Shown: in pieces, positions 41,001-53,300 of the stretch
Layout of the letters: each line of letters starts with the position of its first letter
Numbering within the stretch: position 1 is the stretch's first letter
The notes under the pieces: generated by a model
The model's database searches: none
Seen by the model: only the letters and a program-made list of their open reading frames with translations
What the model was told of the DNA's origin: nothing
Position numbers and translations under genes: made by a program
DNA from: Cenococcum geophilum
Lineage: Eukaryota
Reading direction: 5' to 3'
DNA: 64,000 nt
NCBI GenBank assembly: GCA_050273025.1
Contig: CP158636.1
Location: 3,100,001-3,164,000, forward strand

Positions 41001-43114
41001 GTGGGGATACTTTATAGTATACATAGAAGAAATCTTAGCGGAAGATATCGCTAGAATCTATATTAAAGAAGTGTTTATAAGATATAGAGCACTAAGTAAA
41101 ATTATATTAGATAGAGATCTAAGATTTATAATAGTATTTTAGGAAGTGTTCTTAGTAGAGTAAGGAGTTTAAGCAGCAACTTCTACCGTATATTATCTAT
41201 AGATAGACAGTTAAATAGAAAGATTAAATTAGACACTAGAGTAGTATTTAAGGCACTATGTTAATTACGTATAGAATAATTGGGTATTACTATTACTAGT
41301 TACATAGTTTATATATAATGCAACACTATAAAAAGGAATGGGTACGTTACTATTTAAGGCGAATTATAGATATAAGCTAAGAATATTATTATCGCTATAT
41401 TAAGTAAAGAAGACAAGTAGCAGAGCTAAGTAAAGAATGGAGATTTTAATAAATCTTTATGCAAACCTTACGGAAATAGCTAAGGTAGTATAGTAAAAGA
41501 TAAAAAGGTACTATAACGCTAAGAGATCTAAGGGACTAGATCTTAAGGAGGGGGATAAAGTATAGCTACTATATAAAAATTTCAAGAGTTAACGACTAAG
41601 TAAGAAGTTGGACTATGTTAGACTAGGACCTTTTAAAATTACGCAGAAAATTTTATTAGTTATATTTAAATTAAACCTACTAGCTAAAATAAAGATCTAC
41701 CTTATATAATATATTGTAATGCTAGAGCTAGTATATAGGAATGTTAAGCTACTAGTTTACAAAGTAGACATATATAGAGGATAGGAAGAAGACAAATAGC
41801 AAGTTTTAAGGATCGTTAGTTATAAGGACATTAACAATAAAACATAGTACGAAGTAAAGTGGATAGGCTATAATAAGACTACCTAGGAGCTACTAGAGAA
41901 CCTAAAGAACGCTATAGGAAAGGTATAGAAGTATCGGAAGAAAATAGGTTAGGAAACGTTAATAGAGAAGAATCGCTAAAGAATAAGTTACCTAAGGGGG
42001 ACCTAAGAGGAACGATTGCCGAACTACTTGGAGTTATTCCCTTCTCTGTTAGAAGAGAATCCATTTTTTTATTACCAAGTTCCTACAGACTTTACTCTAT
42101 AAGTTTCTACTCCTTAGAACGAACCTTTTTACGGACCTTTTTAAGACGGATTAACCGAGTGGACGCAGTAAGACGAGAATTAAGGGCATGTTGTTAAGCA
42201 TCAGCAGCCTCCTTCTTAGCGTTATAAGAATAATAAAGTTCCGCCAGAGTAATAGATAGCTTATTATTAAGCTTCGCAGCAGTAGATTAAATACGAGACC
42301 CTATAATAAATTACTTAGGGAACTTAACGACTATTAAGAGTAATAGGATGCGTATACTTAGTATTAGAAACAGAACGAACGTCGCAGAGCGATTAAATGT
42401 TTGCTTTAGTGCACTTTAAATAAGAGAACGGTTGCCGAGACGAAGGACTTGCCAACGTAATATAGACTAACCCCTCTTTCGCACAACGAGAATATAGAGA
42501 CGGCATTATCTTACTAAGCGATAGTATGGACGAAACTATATGCGTATAATAAAGAGTTAAAGAAGAAGAAGAAGCTTTAGGTATAATAAGTAATAATATT
42601 AACCAAATTAATTAGACGGACATTATACCTCTAGTAAACGACTTAGAGATATTTAAAATCTTTAAGGACGAAGATAGAGAGGAGGGAGATAGTGTTACGG
42701 ACGCTTTAAGTACAATATTATAACTACTTAGAAAAGAGTTGGAAGAAGCTAGTTAGTTAATATAGGCACGGTCTAGGATGGAACCCGTGGAACTATGTAA
42801 CGAGGAATGGTAAGTAGAGTTACGTGATGTAATCTGTATAATCTGTATAATCTATATAATCTATAATAGAGCAAATAGAGTAGATAAAGCAAATAGAGCA
42901 ACGACTTTCTTAGGAGTACGGTTGTGTATTTAAGGACCCTTAGTCCCTACCTAGATAGTTCCTTCCTCGTAGTAATTCTTAGAATATAATTAGAGTTAAT
43001 CTGTTAGGCAACCACTCCACCAGTTATTATTACGTTGTTGACTTAATTTGCTTCACCTATATACCTAGCCCAATAACGAGCCTACCGTAGTACTTACTAT
43101 AAGGTTCTGTTACA
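35071..43114 (+). mobile_element. Gypsy copy C, full length, inside the 5' LTR of B; LTRs 35071-35492 and 42693-43114
   Basis: 422-bp LTRs, TSD CCTTA, PPT before 42693, same gag-pol domains. Confidence 0.95.
41910..42584 (-). pseudogene. Antisense accessory gene of the gypsy family (six-Cys cluster plus coiled coil); homologues in A (~32520-33171 -), D (~47871-48540 +) and B (~58715-59384 -)
   Basis: Copy C reads IMPSLYSRCAKEGLVYITLASPSSRQPFSYLKCTKANI*SLCDVRS; TAT codons are the RIP products of TGT. A helical K/E/Q/L-rich segment follows. Ends approximate. Confidence 0.7.
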
Positions 43115-46100
43115 CCTTATAGTAATTCTTAGAATATAATTAGAGTTAATCTATTAGGCAACTACTCTACTAGTTATTATTTTCCGTTATTAACTACTAT
43201 TTTTACATTTCCTACACACCTAGCCTATTAATAGAACCTACTATAGTACTTACTACAAGGTTCCGTTATATAATTACTACCTAATTATAGTATTAAATAT
43301 AGAAGTCGAATAACATGCCACCAAAAGCAGCCACTATAACGCTATTGACAGCGGCAACTACGTTAAGGTTAGGGGGTAACACTAGTATAGCGGACACTAA
43401 CTCGCAATAGCCTATAACGGTAAAACAATTATAAGAAATAGTTAACTAGTTAATAGAGAATAATGCGGTACTTAAATAAAGGATTAATGGAATAGGCGTA
43501 GCAAAGGTTAAGTTACTATCAATTAAAAGATTCTTAGGAGAGAGATCGAAGCTTAAAGGATTTCTTACGTAAATGCACTTTAAAGTTGCGCAAAAAGGAG
43601 CAAAGCTGGCGACACCTATAGATTAAATAGCGTATGCAGGGTTATTCTTAATAGGAAGAGCACTTAAATGGTTTAAGCCTTACCTTATAGAAATATAAGT
43701 AAACGGAATAATAACTATAAACTAAGAGGTATGGTTTATATTTTTAAGCTAGAACGGATTTGTAGAATAACTTATATAAATGTTTGGAGACCTAGAGGTA
43801 GTAACTATAGCGGAAAGAAAACTCTAAGATATTACGTAGTGAACCTTAGCAATTAAGTATATAACGCAGTTTTAAACATTAGTAATATAAGTTAAGTAGA
43901 ATAATAAGGCGCTTATAGCATAGTATAAGTAGGGACTTAAGGCTAAAGTCTAGGACGTAATTATTCTAATAGAAGATATGGATACCCTAAGGGATTTAAT
44001 AAATTAAGCAATAAAGATTAATAATAAGATCTACTAAAGGGAACAGACTAAGAGAGGTTAGGATAGAGTTCTATAGTTATATAAGACGCCAAGTACGCAA
44101 TAACTAAAGCTAAGTTAAAAACTATGGTATAGCGCAGAGCTAATAGACCTAAGCGGTACTAAAGAAGCCTATAAAAGATAAAGTAAGAAGCTATAAAAAC
44201 CTAGAGGTTAAGGATCTAGTAATTATAGGACTAAGGAGCATAGGCTAAACCAAGGATCTTAGCAGTAGAAGACGTTTAGGCGGACTCTATAGTAAAATTA
44301 ATAGTTTAAAAACGGAGCTTATATAAATTGCGGAAAATAGGGTTACTTTATAAGGGATTATAAAGATAGTTAGAGTTACTATATAATAAAGGAAACTAGA
44401 CTAATAGTAGAAGATATATATATAGAGGGATAATAGTATACTGTAAAGAATAAAAGAGTATTTAATTAGAAGTTTTATGTTCTATTATAATAACGCATAC
44501 TAAATTTATAAAGACGCTAAATACGGCGTAAGCTATTAGCTATAAGAGCTAGAGTTAAGAGGACTTAAAGGAACTATAGAGTTAGATAAAGAATAGGATT
44601 AACTCTATAAGCTAAATTAGGATATTACAGCAACGTATAGATAATGATTAGTAACAATAATAATAGAGTTAGAGTACTTATTAATTAATAGTGATAAGGA
44701 TAGTAAAGGAACTAACTAGGGGTATCTAAACCTTAATAACGTAATAGAAGTAGAGACTAAGACCGCTATAAAGTAAGGTTTAGTAACGGGTATTATAACA
44801 CCGTTAGATATAGTATTTATTGCTTTATAAAACGAAAGGAGTAATATCTAGAGACGATTAAGTAAGTAGACGACTACTAGTGCTAGCTTACCACTTAATA
44901 AAGGCAAAAGGCTAAAGGCTTAAGATTCTTAAAATAAGATAAGAGAGATTTAAGATTCTAAAGATAGAATAAGGATAGCTTAAGGACCTATAACGGACGA
45001 AAACCGATAGAGTAGAGTAGTAGCTTAGTTTAAAGATATATAAATAAGCTCGGAATAAGAGTTCCTAATAGTATAAGATTCTTAAGATAAGATAAGTAAG
45101 ATTTAAGACTTTTAAGATAAGATAAGAACACTACGGACACCTAGTTAGACTAAGGTGGGAGCTAAGCTTAAGTTAAAAGTGAGCTTAGGATTAAAGAATT
45201 TAAGGGACTAAGAATTTGGAGTATAAATTAAGACACCTATAAGTAAGAGGTAAGGAGCTTCTTTATAGATTAGAGAATCTATAATATAAATAGTAGTTAG
45301 ACTAGGAGATAAATATATAAACCTAGAGGACCTACTAGGGGAATATAGTATTCGGCCTAAAGATTAAAAGTTTAATACTAAGATTAAGAAGTAAGAAGAC
45401 TTTAAGGATCTACTTATAAGACGCGAAAAAAAGGAAACTATAGAGGAATTTAAAGTAAGAATTACCTTATAGTAAGAACAGAAACTAGATAAAAGATCTA
45501 GTATATTAGGACGTATAAGGGATAGAGCGCTAGTATAAAGGATTACTAATAGACCTAAAATAGGCACACTAAGAGCTAAGTGGCTTATTAAACTAGAGTA
45601 AGAAGAGGATCTAGAGATTTCTACTAGATTTAAGAAACAACATACTAAAGGCTATTACGATATAATAATAAAGAGATATTTCCTTACGGATGAACTATAT
45701 ACACTTAAGCAGCTATACTAAAAGTGGTATAAGCAACAACGCAATAATAAGTAAGAAGATTTCTATATATAGTTAGATGAAAAAGTTGTCTAAGACCACC
45801 TAATTATAGAGAAGGCTATAACCTATATTAAGGGAGCCTTAATTATAATATTAAAGGATTTAAAGAAGTAATTAGAGGACTAGAGAAGCAAAAGGCGAAT
45901 TTTAATACCTGCAAATGAAGTTATAATACTTAGATTAACACGAGAAAGGTTTAAACTTAAGGATAAAGACGAGCTAAGAGTTAACCTAAGATATTAAGCA
46001 TATTACACACTATTGTGGATAGTATACGTAGATAATGCGTATAATATGCATAGAGCACTAAAGGATAAAAATCAGAAGTATTTAATAAGGATATATTAGA

Positions 46101-47336
46101 TAACGGATAAGGTAAAGTATTAAAATGCTAAGTATATATATAGTTAGTACCCCATAGAAGTTTAAGAATAAGAAAACTTAATACTTTAACTAGGAAGATT
46201 CCTTATAGAAGAATGCCTAGATAAATAATAATAGTGGGAATGTCTAGAGAATACCTATCTATAGCATATTAAAGATAAAAAGTAAACTAAGTATTAGCCT
46301 AAGTTAGACTAAGTATAAACAGGATCTAGCAGCTAATAGTTAGGAAAAGTAGAGGCCTACTAGACTAGAGGGAGCTAGTAGTAAAGCCTTAGACCCTTAA
46401 AGGAATTTAAGAACAACACCTAAATTTATAAGTTAAATGGTAAGATTAACAGTTTAAGGCACTAATAGATAGTAGAGCAATAAGGAACTATATCTTGCTA
46501 ATAGTAGTTAAAAGAATAGGATTACTATATAGACAGAAGGAATATTCTTACCTATTAGTAATAATTTTAGGAGATCCAATAGCCTATGGAGGAGGTATTA
46601 TTAATCTTAAAATAGGACCTATTTAGTTAACCATTAAGGGAAGATAAATCGAGATGTCTTTTAATATATTACTATTAGGAAATAATAAGGCAGTACTAGG
46701 AATGCCTTAGTTATAGAAATATAATCTAAAGATCGATTAAATTATAGGTTAGGTTAATATTAGGGATACTTAACGCCGCAAGATATAATAACAAGCCAAG
46801 TTAGTATAGTACTAAGTAGGAGCGACTTATAAAGAGACAGAAAAAGGGCTAAGCTATATACTAAAGAGATACCATAAGTATAGCAAGAAATTATGGTTAC
46901 CTAAGAGTGAAAAGCTGTTAAAGTATATAGTATAGGACTATAAAATAGAATTAAAACTAGGAATAAGTCTAAGGTTCTTTCTAATCTACAAGCTTACTAA
47001 AGAAGAAGGTAGAGTATTAAAAGAGTTTATCTAAGAAAACTTATAAAAGGGATATATTAGACCATCGTAGTTATTAGCGGGTTATTCAGTACTGTTCGTA
47101 CTAAAGAAAAATGGTAAACTAAGACTATATATTAACTATAGACAGTTAAACAGCATTATAAGAAAGGATAGATATCCTTTACCTTTAATTAGCGAAATCT
47201 AAGATAGGATAGGTAATGCGTAAATCTTTATAAAGATAGATCTAAGATAGGTATACCATTAGATTAAAATTAAGGAAGGCGACGAATAAAAGGCAGCCTT
47301 TAGGTTAAAGAAAGGACTATATAAACCATTAGTTAT

Positions 47337-50300
47337 TATAATAGAACCTTATAGTAGGAACTACGATGGGTTCTATTAATAGGCTAGGTGTATAGGAAAT
47401 ACAAAGATAGTAGTTAATAACGTAATAATAACTGGTGGAGTAGTTGCCTAACAGATTAACTCTAATTATATTCTAAGAATTACTATAAGAAAGGAACTAT
47501 CTAGGTAGGGACTAAGGGTCCTTAAATACACAACTATACTCCTAAGAAATCCTTCTTATACGTGATATACGTGTTATATATAAGGTATATAAGTTCCCTT
47601 TATTCCTTGCGTTCCTTACATAGCACCTTATATAACCTTAGCTACTATTTCTCGTTATATAGTTTTACGGGTTCTATCCTAGACTATACTTATATTAACT
47701 AACTAGCTTTTTCCAACTTTTCTCTAAGTAGTTGTAATATTATACTTAAAGCGTCCGTAACACCATCTCCCTTCTCTTTATCTTTATCCTTAAAGATACC
47801 TAGTATCTTTAGGTTGTTTACTAGAGGTATAATATCCGTCTAATTAATTTAGTTAATATTATTACTTATAATACCTAAAGCTTCTTCTTCTTTATATGTA
47901 TAACGTTATGCCCGCACTATTACTATAATATTATTGCTTAGTAAAATAATGCTATCTCCGTATTCTTATTACTTAAAAAAGGGGCTAGTATATATTACAT
48001 TAGCGAGTCCTTTATCTTAGCAACCCTCCTCTTATTTAGAGTGCACTAAAGTAAATATTTAATTATCTTGCGATATTCGCTCTACTTCTAACGCTAAGTA
48101 TACGCGTCCTATTACTCTTAATAGTCTCTAAGTTCCCTAAGTAATTTATTATAGGGTCTTATGTTTAATCTGCTACTATAAAGCTTAATAGTAACCTAGT
48201 ATAGGCCCTTACTAAACTTAAGCGTTCTTAAAATGCGGAATAAAAGGCTCTAAATACTCGCATTGCGGCGTCTACCTATCTACTTCATCTTAAGAAAGTA
48301 CGTAAGAAGGTCCGTTTTAAGGAGTAGAAACTTGTAAAATAGGGTCTTTAGGAACTAGGTAATAAGAGAACTAACTCTCCCCCTATAGTAAGGGGAATAA
48401 CTCTAAGTAGTTCAGCAGTCGCTCTTCCTAGGTCCCCTTTAGGTGGCTTATTCTTTAGCAATCTTTCCTTATTAATATTACCTAACCTATTTTCTTCTAA
48501 TACTCCTATACCTTTCCTATAGCATTCTTTAGATTCTCTAGTAGCTCCTAGGTAGTCTTAGTATAGCCTATCTACTTAACCTTATACTATATTTTATTAT
48601 TAATGTCCTTATAACTAACAATCTTTAAAACTTACCACTTATCTTCTTCCTAACCTCTATATATATCTGCCTCATAGACTAGTAGCTTAATATTCCTATA
48701 TACTAGTTCTAGCATCGCGATATACTATATAATAATTCTTCTTTAATTAACGTCTGATATGGATGCTATCTAGCCCTATGTAGACTACTCTGTATATAAG
48801 GGAAAAGTAATATTAACGGGAAAAAACCCTTGCTGCTGGGGGGGAGGAAAAACCCTATAAGCCACCTCAGTAGGATAAAAAACCCCGATTTGCTATATCT
48901 GTCCGTAGCGGCGGCCCTGCGGGTCTACGGCTACGTCCTGTCCTCCTTAGATATTCGAATTTCTTAGGAACCACTACTTCCTTCTCTAGCTTACCCTAGC
49001 TAGGGTTTACTACGTCCCAGCTAGGCCTTGCTAATTAATTGCCGTACTACTGTTTCCCGTATCTTAGCTATCCCCTATATGCTATTTCTTATCTAACTAT
49101 TACCATATACGCCATGCCTTCCCCCCCCTAAGGCCTATCGAAGGCGTAAGGGGGATTCATCCGTTCTAACTACCGTAATACTGATAAGCGAGCGGGATAT
49201 TGTATTTGGGTATCTTTTATGCCTAGGCCCTAGCTAGGCCCTTTCTAAGGGTCACCACTCCGTTGAAAGAAGATAGGGAAAACCATAGGTCGCAATCCAG
49301 GCTGCTAGGTAGTATTTAGTAGAAAAAACGGCGAGTGACCGCATGCTCCGCGGGCGATCGCCCTAGGGGTTAGGAGGGGCCGTATATTTGCTTATTCGTC
49401 TACTCGTTCGCTCGCGATCGCTTGTTCGTTAATATAAGAGGTCGTCGATGCTTTCTATTAGGGGTTAGGGGATGCTATCGAATGCCGTATATCCACGTTG
49501 GATTGTATAGGTGCCTTAATAGGAGAATAGCGTGGCTGAATTGTAGAGGGCCATAGTAGTGGTTTTTAAGATCTCACTATCTAAAAATTTTTTACTACCG
49601 CCCATAACGCTTATAACCACGACCACTAGGTCCTATCGCACGCTATATAACGTCTCTGCGTTAGCTCTAAGTCTAAACTTCGAAGACCTAGGTTTGTAGC
49701 CGTCACCACATATAGGTGCAGAGTCCGTTTTCGATGGCCGCGCTATACTATATAGGGTAGATCTTTATTTTAGCTAGTAGGTTTAACTTAAATATAACCA
49801 GTAAAATCCTTTATATAATTTTAAAAGGTCCTAGTCTAACATAGTTTAACTTCTTACTTAATCGTCAACTTTTAAAATTTTTATGTAGTAGCTATACTTT
49901 ATCTCCCTCCTTAAGATCTAGTCCCTTAGATCTCTTAGTATTGTAGTACTTTTTCATTCTTTACTATACTACCTTAGCTGTTTCCGTAAAGTTTATATAA
50001 AGATTTATTAAATCCTTTATTCTTTACTTAGCTTTACTACTTATTTTCTTTACTTAACGTAGCGATAATAATATTCTTAGCTTATATCTATAATTCGCCT
50101 TAAATAGTAACGTACCTATTCCTTCTTATGGTGTTATATTATATATAAACTATATAACTAGTAATAGCAATACCTAATTATTCTATGTGTAATTAATATA
50201 ATGCCTTAGATACTGCTCTAGTGTCTAGTTTAATCTTTCCATTTAACCATCTGTCTGCGGATAATATGCGGTAAAAGTTGCTACTTAAACTCCTTATTCC

Positions 50301-53300
50301 GCCAAGAATACCTCCTAAAATGCTGCTATAAATCTTAGATCTTTATCTAATATAATTTTACTTAGTGCTCTATATCTTACAAATACTTCTTTAATATAGA
50401 TTTTAGCAATATCTTTCGCTAAGATTTCTTCCGTATAGGCTATAAAGTATCTCCACTTTATAAGCTTGTCTACTATTACTAAGATTACGTTGTAATCTTA
50501 TCCGGTAATAGGATCTCTTAACTTTAGTAACTTAATAATAAAGTCCCATAATATAACCTCCTATGGTCTCTCTAGTATTTTAATAGGTTGTAGCCCTCCA
50601 TATAGCTTATACCTTATTAGTTTATTCCTTTAGCAATCTAGATACTCTTTAGTAACCCTTTTAGCTATCCTCTAGATTCCGTTAATAATATACTCCTCCT
50701 AGAGTCTTAATATTAAGCCCCTAGCTCCTTTATATTCTTACTTTACTATACTTTTTAGGATATACTTTACTTTTTAATTTTTGTATATATCTAGCTATAG
50801 ATCTTCTAGTTATGCTTTTAGAATTCTTTATACCTAAAAGCTTTCTAATATCTCGTAGACCTTTTCTAATTTACTCTCTTAAGTTACTATAATTTTTGGA
50901 TAATTATACCTAATTAATCTATCTATATCTTTTTGCAGTAAAGCCCCTAATAGCTTATTATTATTTTATAGTTTAGCCTTTTAACTTAATACATTAGCTT
51001 ACGTATTATCTATACCCTTAATATACTAAATCTTAAAATAGTATTCTATAAGTATCTCTACCCATCTAACCTATCTTTAGTTAAGTTCCTTTATTGTTAG
51101 GAATCCTATTAAGTTCTTATAATCCGTTTTAACTATAAATAGTTTCTCTATACCTTATAAGAATACTCTCTATTTTTTTAGTGCTATAACTATACCTAAT
51201 AACTCCTTATTATAGATGTTATAGTTTAACTCTAGTAGTATTATCTTTTAACTATAATATGCTACTAGATGCCATTTATCTGGATACTTTTATATAAAAT
51301 ATACTCCTAATATAAAGTCTAATATATCTATTTCTATAACTGTCTTTAGTCCTAGTTAATAGATCTTAAAAACTGGCTCTTAGGTAAATAACTCTTTAAC
51401 TTTCTTAAAGAATTCTTACTATTCCTCTCCCTATATCTATAGTTCTTCTTTCTTTATTAACCGCGTAAATAGTTTAGTATCCTTTAACCATTACGCTATA
51501 AACCTTCTGTAGTAATTATAAAACCCTAAAAATAATTTTAATTACGTAACGTTCTCTAGTTCTTACTAATTTACTATAGCCTTAATCTTCTTTAGATCTA
51601 TACTAAGTTGGCCTAGTTTAATAATAAATTTAATAAAATTAGTTTTCCTAGTAAAGAACTCGTATTTCTTAATTACTACTGGCATTTATTCTTCCTACAG
51701 TCTCTTTAAAACCTATTAAATGTATTTTCCATACTCTTCCTTATTTATTAAGTAGATAATAATATTATTAAAGTATACTATAATAAATTTATCTAAATGT
51801 TCTCCTAATATATTATTAATACGCTTTTAAAACGTTACTAGTGCGTTTATAAGCCCAAATTATATAACTAATGGTTTATATAGCCCTTCCTTTAACCTAA
51901 AGGCTGCCTTTTATTTATTACCTTCCTTAATCCTAATCTAATAGTACGCCTATCTTAGATCTATCTTTATAAAGATTTACACGTTACCTATCCTGTTTTA
52001 GATTTTACTAATTAAAGGTAAAGAATACCTATCCTTTCTAGTAATACTGTTTAACTACCTATAGTTAATACACAGCCTTAGTTTACTATTCTTCTTTAGT
52101 ATAAATAGTACTGGATAACCCGCTAATAACTGTAATAGTCTAATATATCCCTTTTATAAGTTCTCTTAGATAAACTCTTTTAATACTCTACCTTCTTCTT
52201 TGGTAAGCTTATAGATTAGAAAAAACCTTAGACTTATTCCTAGTTCTAATTCTATTTTATAGTCCTATACTATATACTTTAACAGCTTTTTACTTTTAGG
52301 TGACTATAGTTTCTTGCCATATTTATAGTATCTTTTTAGTATATAGCTTAGCCCTTTTTCTATTTCTTTATAGGTCGCTCCTACTTAGTACTATACCAAC
52401 TTAGCTTATTATTACATCTTATAGCGTTATATATCTCTAATATCAACCTAACCTATAATCTAATTAATCCTTAGGTTATATTCCTATAACTAAGGCATTC
52501 CTAATACTACCTTATTATTTCCTAATGGTAATATATTAAAAGACATCTTAACTTATCTTCCTTTAATGGTTAACTAAATAGGTCCTATTTTAAGATTAAT
52601 AATGCCTCCTTTATAGGCTATTAGATCTCCTAAAATTGTTACTAATAGGTAAGGACATTCCTTCTATCTGTGTAGTAACCCTATTTTTTTAACTGATATT
52701 AGTAAAATATAGTTCCTTATTGCTCTACTATCTATTAATACCTTAAACTGTTAATCTTACCATTTAACTCGTAAATTTAGATATTGTCCTTAAATTCCTT
52801 TAAGGGTCTAAGGCTCTACTACTAGCTCCCTCTAGTCCTATAGGCCTCCACTTTTCCTAACTACTAGCTGCTAGATTCTATTTATACTTAATCTAACTTA
52901 GGCCAATACTTAGTTTATTTTTTGTCTTTAATATGCCATAGACAGGTATTCTCTAGATATTCCCACTATTGTTATTTATCTAGGCATTCTTCCGTAAGAA
53001 ATTTTCCTAGTTAAAGTATTAAGTCCCCTTATTCTTAAACTTCTACTAGGTGCTAACTATGCATATATTTAGTATTATAATACTTCGCCTTGTCCGTTAT
53101 CTAATATATTCTTATTAAATACTTTTAATTTTTGTCCTTTAGTGCTCTATACATATTACACGCATTATTTACGCATACTATCTATAATAGTGTATAATAT
53201 GCCTAATATCTTAGGTTAACTCTCGGTTTATCTTCATCCTAGAGTTTAAACCTTTCTTATATTAATCTAAGCGTTACAACTTTATTTACAGATACTAAAA

